A model generated the notes under the pieces. The model saw only the letters and a list, made by a program, of their open reading frames with translations. It was not told the DNA's origin and made no database searches. From the IMG/VR virus record IMGVR_UViG_3300042302_000394, positions 124,001 through 188,000 of that record: DNA of 64,000 bases; one strand, 5' to 3'. Below, in pieces: positions 18,674-28,400 of the stretch. Positions within the stretch are counted from its first letter, which is position 1, and each line of letters begins with the position of its first letter. The position numbers and the translations under genes were made by a program.

Positions 18674-19399
18674 TTACTGAGTGAGCATTTGCTTTAAGCC
18701 CTGCATGCCTTTAGTGTAGTATTCTTCTACTTTTCCTAACCACATGTCTTCGTACTTGTTAAAGTTGTCTTTGTTTAGATCAAACTGCTGATACTGTAAA
18801 TCGCGGCTGCACATAAAAATAACACCCCTACGAATGTTAGTTCCGTAGACTTCATTATGTGCTAATATATAGGCAACTAACTGTACATAATAGTCCTCGA
18901 CCCACTCTGCTTTTTTAGGCTTGTTAGTCTGCTTATGATCGCATACTGCTGGCTCATCCTCGAATACTCCAACTAGGTCAGTAGTACCACTGTATAGTCC
19001 CGGGAAATACAGGCTCTGTTCCATGGCCCATACTTCGTTCATTTTACTCAGTCCGTTTTCAATGATGATATCAGCCATTTTATTAGCCTGCACATGCACT
19101 GGGTTATTACCGGGCTGTCGCTGTTCACCAATTAGGAATCGTTCTAAATTGGCGTGCATGGCTGTACCTACGCCTGCTGCCTCTGTGGTGATCTGTTGCG
19201 CTTTCTCAGCACCTACTCGTTTACGCCATTCAATCAAGTGCGTCTGATCTTTGGTGGCACTGAGGATAGTAGTTACGCTGGGTAGCTTTTCACCGTCAGG
19301 TGTTTGATAAACTCGTTTCCGTGTTACGGGATCATTTATCTGCTGACAATTTTTGTATTGGAATCGTTCAATGAACGGGGGAGGAGTATAAACTTGCAT
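18674..19399 (-). CDS. PD-(D/E)XK exonuclease
   Basis: PSVTTIL, GTAMH, MEQSLY, SGTTDLVG, DHKQTNKPK, QLVAY. Confidence 0.85.
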   Translation of the reverse strand: MQVYTPPPFIERFQYKNCQQINDPVTRKRVYQTPDGEKLPSVTTILSATKDQTHLIEWRKRVGAEKAQQITTEAAGVGTAMHANLERFLIGEQRQPGNNPVHVQANKMADIIIENGLSKMNEVWAMEQSLYFPGLYSGTTDLVGVFEDEPAVCDHKQTNKPKKAEWVEDYYVQLVAYILAHNEVYGTNIRRGVIFMCSRDLQYQQFDLNKDNFNKYEDMWLGKVEEYYTKGMQGLKQMLTQ

Positions 19400-19406
19400 T
19401 ACTATA

Positions 19407-19435
19407 ATTATAGCATCGCAAGTTTATAAGGTCAA
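19407..19435 (-). promoter_or_regulatory. sigma70-type promoter TTGACC-17-TATAAT
   Basis: -10 ends 7 nt before ATG 19399. Confidence 0.7.
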
Positions 19436-19770
19436 ATATTTGGCGATAATTGTTTGGCGTTGCTAGATGCCATTGCATCTACTGCCGGGGAACCTGTGGG
19501 TTCTTGTGGTTGATTTGGATTTGCTTCGCCTGTATTAAGGATAACATTTCCTTGATCATCAATGTCTTGAATAACATCTCCTGCTGGATCTACTTCATTT
19601 TTAAGAGCAATTAACCCGTCTGGAGTACTAATTCCCAAACCAAATGGTCTAATTAGTTTTATGACAACAGCAAAAGGCAAAGTTGAACTTTGCCCTGCTC
19701 TATTTGCCTGTCCTTGAAGAACTGCTAAGACATCCCTAGCACTTCCTAAGTCTACTTCAAATAATCTCAT
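19432..19770 (-). CDS. putative head-internal protein (MRLFEV N-terminus)
   Basis: ORF in late cluster; CTS-like N-terminus. Confidence 0.65.
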   Translation of the reverse strand: MRLFEVDLGSARDVLAVLQGQANRAGQSSTLPFAVVIKLIRPFGLGISTPDGLIALKNEVDPAGDVIQDIDDQGNVILNTGEANPNQPQEPTGSPAVDAMASSNAKQLSPNI

Positions 19771-21080
19771 TTTGCCAATTTAGACATAATGCTGTGAGAC
19801 TCGGCCAACTTGCGGGCAAAACGGCTTTCACGCATTTCTCGACCTGTTGTGCCCATGCCTGCTGCTGCATCACTAGCACCAAACTCGTCACCGGCCGGTG
19901 CAGGTGCATTCATATCGTCTGGTGCCGCAATATCCATGCTTGGATCATCTGTTGGCATACCTGCGTCCATGCCTGGCTCCATTCCCATATTGCCCATGTC
20001 TGGAGTAGCTTCGCCTGCCAACACTGCAACTGCGCCGCTTACTGCTTCACGCTGTTGTGTCAATACTTCTAGTGTTGCGCTCAGTGCCGGGCCTACGGAT
20101 GCCTTGAATGCTTCTGCTTCTTGTGCTCCAAAGTCTGCCTTGATAGCATCAGCCAATTCAATCATTGTCTTTGTCTGATATTGACCAACACGTTGCATCC
20201 AACTTGTAAAGTCATTGACCATGTCGCCTGCGGCTGTGATAGCCTTGGCCTTGCCTTCTTCGTCTTCTTGCAATAAGAACTGTAGGCTCTCATTTACAAA
20301 GTGAACGTTGTGGTTAAATTGGCTTTCTTTCATAGCCTTCTTAGCTTTCTTATCGCTGTCTGGTGCTTTAGGAGCATCCTTACCACCGTAGTTCTTGCCT
20401 GCTGTGTGCTTTAGACCTGTAGCAGTTTTAGTAATCTCGCCACCTGTGCTTGACTTCTTCTTCTCGCCTGCTTTCATACTGGCTGTACCAGCGGCTGCTT
20501 TCTTAGCATCGTCAACAGTTGGGAAACCTTCTTTGACTTTTTTGTCTTTAACGGCTTTCTTCATCGGTTCTTTTTTATTACCGTCTTTGTCCATGTCGAG
20601 GAAGTCTGGCTTAGATCCTTTACCTTCTTCAAATGGCTTGCCTGACTTGGCAGCAGCTTTAGCACGACTACCCCAGACTTCGTCCTTAGGGCTTTCTTTC
20701 TTGCCATCGCCGTCGTAGTCTTTAGCAGAGGTACCCTGTGAGTGAATCTTGTACTTAGGTGCTTTGACGCCCTTTTTAGCTTCACTTAGCTCTGTCATTT
20801 TGTCACGTAGTTTTTTGATGTCTTCACCTAGCATTTCTTTAATCCTTGTGTTGAGCAAGTCCAACATGGCCTTGTCTTTTTGGTATGTTTCGTTAGTTAG
20901 CAGATCGTTAATACCTGCACGTCCTTCTTGTTGGAACACCCTTGTGCGTAGTTTGTTACGCATATCTTCTAGCTGCTCTCTGTCATATTTGTCAAGATGA
21001 ACGTTAAGGCCAAACATTTTATTCATGTTTTCCTTTAGTTTAAAACTAGTAATTGTAGCTGAAAAATCTGTTGTCTTCAT
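19767..21080 (-). CDS. putative prohead core/scaffold-like protein
   Basis: 437 aa, Lys-rich low-complexity middle with DYDGDG/DMDKDG motifs, acidic Pro-rich tail. Confidence 0.55.
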   Translation of the reverse strand: MKTTDFSATITSFKLKENMNKMFGLNVHLDKYDREQLEDMRNKLRTRVFQQEGRAGINDLLTNETYQKDKAMLDLLNTRIKEMLGEDIKKLRDKMTELSEAKKGVKAPKYKIHSQGTSAKDYDGDGKKESPKDEVWGSRAKAAAKSGKPFEEGKGSKPDFLDMDKDGNKKEPMKKAVKDKKVKEGFPTVDDAKKAAAGTASMKAGEKKKSSTGGEITKTATGLKHTAGKNYGGKDAPKAPDSDKKAKKAMKESQFNHNVHFVNESLQFLLQEDEEGKAKAITAAGDMVNDFTSWMQRVGQYQTKTMIELADAIKADFGAQEAEAFKASVGPALSATLEVLTQQREAVSGAVAVLAGEATPDMGNMGMEPGMDAGMPTDDPSMDIAAPDDMNAPAPAGDEFGASDAAAGMGTTGREMRESRFARKLAESHSIMSKLAK

Positions 21081-21110
21081 AGTGGTTCCGAAAGAATTGG
21101 TTAAATTTAT

Positions 21111-21581
21111 TTATCTAAACCGCATTAGTTTCTCGAAGACTTTCTTAACTTCAAACATGTGCTGATTCTTTTTGTGTCTTGCAATAATTGACTTTGTGTA
21201 CATCATTTCGGCTTTGTCTAGGTCTTTTTTACCTAGGCTGCGCTCAGCTAAATGAGTATGCAATTCTTCATCGAAATGTGCATGGCCATATTTTGTATCT
21301 GCCTGCATTATATTGTCATCTATATACTTGCCCAGTGCTAACCTGTTGGCCTGTATTGCTGCGGTTTGCGGTAAGTTTATACGATTAAGTATAACTTCAT
21401 TTTTAAAATCCAGTATGGAGTAAAATCCAGACCCTTCTTTTTTGATGCTGTACGAACCTATTTGAATAGATCCATCACGTTTCTTTACAGGAACAACAAT
21501 GCCCTGACGTTTAAGTGTTTCCTTAACATCAGTGCTGATTTGTTGAATCTTTAAATAAATTTCATCTGAAGTTATTTTCAT
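21111..21581 (-). CDS. hypothetical protein
   Basis: 156-aa ORF in operon. Confidence 0.7.
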   Translation of the reverse strand: MKITSDEIYLKIQQISTDVKETLKRQGIVVPVKKRDGSIQIGSYSIKKEGSGFYSILDFKNEVILNRINLPQTAAIQANRLALGKYIDDNIMQADTKYGHAHFDEELHTHLAERSLGKKDLDKAEMMYTKSIIARHKKNQHMFEVKKVFEKLMRFR

Positions 21582-21771
21582 CTAATTTCTTTATAATTGA
21601 TCGGCTGTCATTACTTAGTTCATAGATGCCCTTGCGTACAAGGTTCTGAGCAATCCATTTATCTCGCTCGTCTAGTGCGTTGATAGTGGCTTCAGGGAAA
21701 CGCTTTACAAATTTTTGTTCTTCATTTGTAAGTGCAATTGAAACACCGTCTAAAAGTTGTGCAATTTTCAT
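21562..21771 (-). CDS. small hypothetical protein (MKIAQLLD N-terminus)
   Basis: 69-aa ORF coupled to neighbours. Confidence 0.65.
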   Translation of the reverse strand: MKIAQLLDGVSIALTNEEQKFVKRFPEATINALDERDKWIAQNLVRKGIYELSNDSRSIIKKLDENNFR

Positions 21772-21772
21772 A

Positions 21773-22189
21773 TTACATTGTTCCCTGTGCAGGAGTTGTT
21801 TGGCCTGGCAGGGTAGCAGGCTTTTGTCCCATTGGCTGACCTGGCTTTTGTGCAGATAATTGTTTTAGAGCAGTTGCAAATCCTTGATTCTTCATCATAG
21901 GATTAACTAGTTTACCTAACAGCTCTTGCTGATCAGGCCTTAATTGTTTAGGATTCTGCATGGCAACTTGCAGAGCGGATGTGGCATTGTTTAGATCTTC
22001 CGGGTTTGTAATACCCTGTGGCATCAACAACTTGGCCATCTTTTCTTGATCGGGATTTGTGGTTGCCTTATTATCAGTATTGGTCGGTGCAGATGATTGA
22101 CTAACTTGAGGAACCTGACCAGGAGTGCCTGCAGTTGAGCCCACACTGCCAATTGGTTGAATCTGCTCTAGAAGTTCGAATATACGCAT
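21773..22189 (-). CDS. putative head-internal protein (MRIFELLE N-terminus)
   Basis: Gln/Pro-rich 138 aa; CTS-like N-terminus. Confidence 0.65.
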   Translation of the reverse strand: MRIFELLEQIQPIGSVGSTAGTPGQVPQVSQSSAPTNTDNKATTNPDQEKMAKLLMPQGITNPEDLNNATSALQVAMQNPKQLRPDQQELLGKLVNPMMKNQGFATALKQLSAQKPGQPMGQKPATLPGQTTPAQGTM

Positions 22190-22190
22190 G

Positions 22191-22496
22191 TTATTTTATA
22201 AATTTTAAGATAGTGTCAGCATGTGCTGTTGCCCAACCTAATACTATCATTCCGCCGGCAAACGTATACATCCACCTGTCTTTTAATCTTTCCATGGCAG
22301 ATATTTTTTTAGCCAGTTCCTCGTGCTGCTGGCAACTGGCCTGATACATAGTATCAAGTTTAACTCCTAGTTCATCACGAGTTTTATCTAGACAATCGTG
22401 CATTTCTTTTACATCGACTTTAAGATTGTCTAATTTTTCATCTAAGTTAGTGACCTTGGTCTCTACTATACCAAGTCGCTCTACTGTTGTTGCCAT
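22191..22496 (-). CDS. coiled-coil protein with C-terminal TM (XhlA/holin-like)
   Basis: Heptad repeats then hydrophobic WMYTFAGGMIVLGWA; AGGAGA SD. Confidence 0.5.
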   Translation of the reverse strand: MATTVERLGIVETKVTNLDEKLDNLKVDVKEMHDCLDKTRDELGVKLDTMYQASCQQHEELAKKISAMERLKDRWMYTFAGGMIVLGWATAHADTILKFIK

Positions 22497-22534
22497 TGAG
22501 GCTCTCCTTAATTTTTAAAACTGAAACTTACTAC

Positions 22535-22960
22535 TTAGTTATTGCCTTGGATTGCCTTGATGATGGTATTTTTAGTGGCGGCGTTTTTTAACTCAAACAT
22601 GGCCGTATCCATATTTATAGTTTCTGTCAATTTTTGGATAACGGGGACTCCGTTGACATCGTCGAGTAGTGCGCCAACTTCGTTGTTTCCTTCTATGTAA
22701 GCCCCACTACGATCTGGATAGAATCGGAATGTCCATACCCTGTGTTTGCCCTTGTATTGTGATCCAAATCCTAGATCCTTGATGTCGACTGTTTCCACAG
22801 TTGGACTAGCGTCATAGCTGATAATAGATCTAATCTCAACACATTGTCTCAGTGTTGTAAAGTTTCGATATTGATCGTGTGCTAGAACAGATCCTTGATT
22901 GGGTCTAGCGACTTTAGTGTCTGTAATGTCTACAAGTGTTTGAATTTCGATGGTTTGCAT
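22535..22960 (-). CDS. hypothetical protein
   Basis: 141-aa ORF with TAAATA box upstream. Confidence 0.7.
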   Translation of the reverse strand: MQTIEIQTLVDITDTKVARPNQGSVLAHDQYRNFTTLRQCVEIRSIISYDASPTVETVDIKDLGFGSQYKGKHRVWTFRFYPDRSGAYIEGNNEVGALLDDVNGVPVIQKLTETINMDTAMFELKNAATKNTIIKAIQGNN

Positions 22961-22992
22961 AAAGTACCTATTTAATTACAGATATTTATGTC

Positions 22993-23024
22993 AAAGAAAA
23001 AGGACGCTAAAAAACGTCCTTCTC
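22993..23024 (-). terminator. intrinsic terminator
   Basis: AGGACG/CGTCCT stem followed by T-run on minus strand. Confidence 0.7.
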
Positions 23025-23041
23025 TTATCTAAGTAATTAGA

Positions 23042-23446
23042 TTATAGTGCGTAAGCAACTACGGTAGCATTTGCAAGGTTAACACCCTGGTGTGTACCAG
23101 CGGCAATAACTAGGTCTTCTAGGTGAACAGCGAAAGCTTCGCTGTTTGTACCGTCATATGTGTCAGCACCGTATGCACCGCCGATTGCTGCAACAGCAAT
23201 ACGTAGGCCATTACCAGCACCGCCAGTTGCATCACCTGCACCGATAATTTCGATGCTAGCAACTTGTGCAATTGCTTCTAGAGCAACAGCAACTGGGCTG
23301 CGTGGAGCATTTGGGAATCCAACTGGGTCAGAATCGAACATTGCAGATACGTCTGCGCCGAAGTCAATTTGGAAGAACTGTAGTGTTACGCCGTTCTTGT
23401 AAAAAGGTGCTACTACCTTTTCGTTTTTGTTTGTTAATGTTGCCAT
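23042..23446 (-). CDS. probable abundant small virion protein
   Basis: Own TAAATA box, 5' hairpin, AAGGAG SD and terminator; Ala/Gly-rich. Confidence 0.65.
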   Translation of the reverse strand: MATLTNKNEKVVAPFYKNGVTLQFFQIDFGADVSAMFDSDPVGFPNAPRSPVAVALEAIAQVASIEIIGAGDATGGAGNGLRIAVAAIGGAYGADTYDGTNSEAFAVHLEDLVIAAGTHQGVNLANATVVAYAL

Positions 23447-23539
23447 TTTAATGGTCTCCTTAATCGTTTTTGAACTCCCCTATGGAGCTCGTTATGTTTT
23501 TATTTAGTCTCTTTGAAAAAAATTTACTCAAATGACTGA

Positions 23540-23869
23540 TTAATCGTCATCTTTTAGGTCACCCTCGATAACTTTTAACCCTTTAGCAGTTTCTTTACTA
23601 TCACGTAACTTACGTATACCCCTAGTAAATTTAGTAGGATCACCTGCTTTGATGCTGTTTAAGAGGCGCCGCTCTAACTCATACGCCTGCTCAGGTGGGA
23701 AATTTTCCTTAATGATTGCTAAAAGATTAATTGCGCTATTAATGACATGAGCAGCTCTACTTTCTACAATAGCTTCGCCGTCTTTCTTAAGCGTAATTGA
23801 ATTTAGTTCTTCTAATAGGCTTTTTGTGGCTCTTTTCAAGTTAGTATCCTTTGCAATATTTAGTTTCAA
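23540..23869 (-). CDS. hypothetical protein
   Basis: 109-aa ORF; start uncertain. Confidence 0.65.
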   Translation of the reverse strand: MKLNIAKDTNLKRATKSLLEELNSITLKKDGEAIVESRAAHVINSAINLLAIIKENFPPEQAYELERRLLNSIKAGDPTKFTRGIRKLRDSKETAKGLKVIEGDLKDDD

Positions 23870-23932
23870 ATAAAGTATAATAGATATTTTGGTAAAATAC
23901 TATCTTGTTTTAACTCAGTAGAAACACTAATA

Positions 23933-23940
23933 TATAAATA
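23933..23940 (+). promoter_or_regulatory. T4-type late promoter TATAAATA
   Basis: Exact T4 gp55 consensus upstream of the plus-strand island. Confidence 0.6.
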
Positions 23941-23989
23941 CAGAGTCAGTAGAAACCATGAGTCTACCCACACTTACAGAGGAAAAAAT

Positions 23990-24166
23990 ATGAAAATTAT
24001 ATCAGAATTTATGCTAGGACTAATGGAACGTTTAAGTGAGATGTTTCCGGGATCTAGTTATCAAAGCCGCTTAGACGCATATCTAAGCACCAAAGGCATT
24101 ACCGATGCCGCACAGTTGGAAACTTACGTCCGACAATTTAATTCTCAAAAGGAAAACTATCTATGA
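23990..24166 (+). CDS. small protein, DUF3563-like (58 aa)
   Basis: MKIISEFMLGLMERLSEMFPGSSYQSRLDAYLSTKGITDAAQLETYVRQF; GAGGA SD; family resemblance recalled only. Confidence 0.6.
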   Translation: MKIISEFMLGLMERLSEMFPGSSYQSRLDAYLSTKGITDAAQLETYVRQFNSQKENYL

Positions 24167-24285
24167 AAAAATTACTAAACATTCTATACGAAATTGGCCT
24201 AAGCATTGGTCAAGCTCGTGCTGCTTCTGCTATGGTTCGTGCAGGCATGCACAAAGAAGCACAGACATTACTGGCTGGCAAGTAA
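24163..24285 (+). CDS. small helical protein (40 aa)
   Basis: ATGA overlap with preceding gene; MKKLLNILYEIGLSIGQARAASAMVRAGMHKEAQTLLAGK. Confidence 0.6.
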   Translation: MKKLLNILYEIGLSIGQARAASAMVRAGMHKEAQTLLAGK

Positions 24286-24391
24286 TATCGTATTTTGTCA
24301 GATCGCTTTACACAGCGTAACAAGATCTATATAATAAATACTTAGGCAGTAATGATACTGCTTATACAAACATACACACAAGGAGAAAAAT

Positions 24392-24646
24392 ATGTTTTCA
24401 GCATTTGCACCATACTTTACGCTCGAGGCACAGATCGATGCGTTTCAAACTACCAAGCGTGGTTTAACAGATAAGATCATCACTGATCCTACATTGAACA
24501 AAGCGGCACACCAATACATCGATGCTCAGACTACATTTGCCAAGATGTTGTCTAAGAACTTCGCTGATCTTGCCAAGTATTCCGTGGATTCTTTTGCCAA
24601 CAAGGCATTTCCACAGACTAAAGAAAAAGCCACTACTAAGGCTTAA
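24392..24646 (+). CDS. small amphipathic helical protein, possibly phasin-like
   Basis: AAGGAG SD, TAAATA box and 5' hairpin; phasin call is resemblance only. Confidence 0.55.
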   Translation: MFSAFAPYFTLEAQIDAFQTTKRGLTDKIITDPTLNKAAHQYIDAQTTFAKMLSKNFADLAKYSVDSFANKAFPQTKEKATTKA

Positions 24647-24668
24647 TACACACATACAGGAAAAAAAT

Positions 24669-24938
24669 ATGACAGACTTTAATACACCAAAGCTACCAGA
24701 AGTTAAATTTAATAAGAACGGCTACGAAATCCGTACAGACATTCTAGGCATGGCAAAAAGCCTAGTACAAGAAGATTTCCATGCTAAATTTCAAGGCTGG
24801 GAAATGACTGCTACTCGTGACGAGAAGACTGGTCAGATCGTCAGTACTGTTGCAATGCCGACTTTTCCAGGACTAGACAAAGTTCTTGAAACAGCAGAAA
24901 AAATGTACGCATTTGTCAACGCTGGCGCCAAGAAATAA
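24669..24938 (+). CDS. conserved phage hypothetical protein X (89 aa)
   Basis: ATG 24669 with CAGGA SD; NKNGYEIRTDIL motif; second copy at 29038. Confidence 0.8.
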   Translation: MTDFNTPKLPEVKFNKNGYEIRTDILGMAKSLVQEDFHAKFQGWEMTATRDEKTGQIVSTVAMPTFPGLDKVLETAEKMYAFVNAGAKK

Positions 24939-25013
24939 TTTATAATAATATTAGGGCATAGCCCATAAAATAATATACTAGAAAATAAAAAAGGACCTTC
25001 GGGTCCTTTTTTT
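24678..25013 (+). repeat. direct repeat copy 1 (gene X + 3' UTR + terminator)
   Basis: Homologous to 29038-29374; 44-bp perfect core 24798-24841 = 29158-29201. Confidence 0.85.
24987..25013. terminator. bidirectional intrinsic terminator
   Basis: AAAAAAGGACC-TTCG-GGTCCTTTTTT between convergent genes. Confidence 0.85.
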
Positions 25014-25416
25014 ATAGTGGCTTGCTTCTTAGATAGTTAGGATATCGTTTATTGAAGTTACGCATAATAACTCCTGCTATCTCATGTGCTTGATTTTCAT
25101 GCGGACTACCTGTTTCACCACTAGTATCCGTTAGCTCACCTTGCTGATCTTGTTTGTAATGAACCAGCTCGTGTGCCACTGTTCTCAGTATGTCAACAGG
25201 GTGACGGTTCTTTAAGGCAACTAACAGCATATTCTCACTCGGCACGTATGCACCAAAGCTGGGCTGCTCGCCTGTATTTAGATCCGGGGCAAACTGCATC
25301 TTAGGCAACTGATCTATTTCAAGGATCTCCATAGCTAGAGGTAGAAACTTTTGAAACATTTCCACAACGTTGGCATTTTCCTCTGCGCCTTCAACAATAA
25401 ACTGACGTGCTCTCAT
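25012..25416 (-). CDS. HExxH zinc-metallopeptidase-like protein with CTS-like N-terminus
   Basis: DILRTVAHELVHYKQ ... PHENQAH; starts MRARQFIVE. Confidence 0.65.
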   Translation of the reverse strand: MRARQFIVEGAEENANVVEMFQKFLPLAMEILEIDQLPKMQFAPDLNTGEQPSFGAYVPSENMLLVALKNRHPVDILRTVAHELVHYKQDQQGELTDTSGETGSPHENQAHEIAGVIMRNFNKRYPNYLRSKPL

Positions 25417-25424
25417 AGCAGTAT

Positions 25425-28400
25425 TTAGCGCCGAACAAAATGATAATCACCGTCGGGTCCGTTGTTGCTAAAGATACCCAAACAGTCGAACCCTTGTGTG
25501 TCCATATATGCTATTACATCATCTTTTAACGGGGCACCTTTATTGTATTCTACAACCTGTAGTTCTAGAATAACATGTTTCACTGTGGATAATGTTTCTA
25601 CAGCACCCTTTAGCACATCTAACTCTGCACCTTGTACATCCATTTTAATCATATCTGGGGGAGGAAAGTTTTTAAGGCGGCGTACAGCATCTAGGGTCAC
25701 TGTCTTTAGCCTACGACGATGTGTTTCGTTAAAGTAGTTGACTGTTTCGGGATTTACTTCTTCGTTTTCTTTGTAATAACTGTTGCCACCCGGATGTACA
25801 TCATTTTGATAGAAGTCAACTTCTTTGCCACTCTGGTCACTTAGCACACCCATATGATATTGCAAATTACGTTCTTTATATAGGAACTCGCTACTGTCCA
25901 TTGCTTCAAATACAACATACTTTGCTCGATCCCAAATACGTTGTGCTTCGTTAGTCCAGTGCAGAACACATGCACCGATATCGTATATAACCTTTGGTTC
26001 AAACCCTTCATTCTTGAGTTTGGCAAGATAATCTACATGGTTACGAGGAATCAGTCGTTGACTTCCTAACTCCCGTAAACGATCCTGTATGTTAAACGGT
26101 GTTACATCTGGGGCAGCAGTAATGGCATTATCTACATTAAAAGTAAAGCTGCCAGTATGGCTGCATAACACACTGGGATCTGCCCAAATTTTAAATCCTT
26201 TGTCCCGGGCCTTGCGACAGAAATCTACATCTTCTGAAACAGTGTTCCTATGATCGATAGCACTATAATACTTAAATTGTGGATAACCTATTTCACACAT
26301 AACTTCTGCTTTGACTAGAGCACAACCAAATCCACAGCCGGCAATTTCAACTAAAGGTCTACCCTTTAGCTTTTCATACGGCATATTGCTTACTCCGCCA
26401 TTCTGATTGTGTTCATATATTTCTAAAATATGTAATCCAGGTTTACGTTGTATGTATAAACCGCTGACAACATCCTTATCGTGCGATAGCAACTTTGACA
26501 GTGTGTTAGGAGGGAAGCTAATATCACTATCTACACTGAATAGATAATCAAATCCTTTTACTACCCAGTCGGCAATCAAGTTGCGTACCTGATCAATATT
26601 GTATCCGTAAAAATATTGGAACGTTGCTTCGTAGCCCTCGGGGATGATTAAGTCATAGATACTTTTAAAAGTTTCCGGTTCAATATTACGAGCTGTTGGA
26701 ATTGCTATGAGAATCTTTTTTTTAGATGGATTCATTTTTTTAATAATAGATTTAGCTGCTACGTTTTGTTCAATAGCATTTACTTTGTAATCGTTGAGTG
26801 GATTAACATCATTGTAATTATATACAATATCTTGTAGACATTTAACTTTACTAGGATCAGCATTTTCGATTAGTGCATAGAAAATACTGCCGTCACCGCC
26901 TGCCTTATACCATGCACCTGTGTCATCTTGGAATAGGCTATCGTCTAGACCGTCAATTAACTGTTGTTTAAATGTGCGTAGGTGTGTGTAAGGTAAGATC
27001 CAATTAAAGTGATGATTCCTGTATTCTTTGCTGTTCTTTACGTGCTCGGGATAAGGCTGACTAATCAATGGAATATTATCAACCATTGACCAGCAACTAC
27101 CGTAGGTAAATTCTGTTGTGCCGTCATACACATTGTTATAGTAGCTGAACACAGTGTTGTCATTAACTAGACTGTCGTCACCGTCGAGTATCATTACAAT
27201 AGCATTGGGATCTTGTAGACTTCTAAATGTATCTATTTGATTTTTTACTGCGCCTACGTTATTTTGATTTTCAATAACTTCAAACTTGGCTCGAATGTGT
27301 GCAGGATAGGCTGACAGTGCAGTGTACAATGCTTCCAGTGTATTATCAGTACTTGCATCGTCTACCAAAATACATCGATAGTTGTCGTAGTCTTGTGTAG
27401 CAATACTGTTGATGCAACGTGCAATATAATTTTTGCAATTGTAGAATGTGCTAACAACCACAATAGGTTGCTCTGTTCCCGGCTTGTAATCTTCTAATTC
27501 AACTGTATTATGAAACTTGCGATTGTAAATCTTGTGCAGTCTGTGGTTGATTTTGCTAACAGCACGATAGTCACTGCTGCTTAGATAATGTCCTGTCTTT
27601 TTATAAAAATGCTGCTTCCATTGCAGTGCTACACTGTCCCAACCCGCAATGTCTTTAACAATGTTGCAATAGTATTGTTTCTGTTGATGTAGATACGGAT
27701 TACGATATGCTTCTACCGTGGTCTTGACAAACTGTTCAACCTGTGTTGGTACACTGATATCCGGAAACAGTCCATTGGGTTCAATAGCATAGTCAATTAA
27801 GTAACAAGCACCTGCCACTGCAATTTCTTCTAATGCACCAAAGCGGCAAGTTATGATAGGAGTGTTGTAGCATAAACTCTCCATTGATGAAATGCCGTAG
27901 GTTTCCGGAAACGCTGCCGGATACAGCATGAAGTTAGCAGTAGTTAGTATATCGGCAATTTCTTTCTGCGGTATAACACCTGTAAATTCTATACCTTGTG
28001 CTGCTAGCTGCGGATCAGCAGCCATCTCGCGCCAATCTTTTTCTTGTTGATCAGGTTCTGCATTTGTGCTAAATCTATAGTAGCCGCCTATGACTTTTAG
28101 TTTAGCTTCAGGTATATGTCGCTTGACATGTGGCCAGATCATTTTAACCAGCGGAATCATTCCTTTGGTCACTGATGCATTATAAACAAACAAATTCTTA
28201 TCTTTGGCTTTGATATCCACTTCGCGATTATAGATGCGTACACCGTTACGTGTGATGAACATCTTACGCTTTAGTACTTCGAAGTTTCGTCTGCGGCCAT
28301 GATGACAGTTAGTAACATAGGTTAGGTGGAAATCGCTTAGTGTAAAGATGTCTGTAATTCTATCTGCAACAGCAAGCTCTTCGATCAAGTTATCGCCTAG

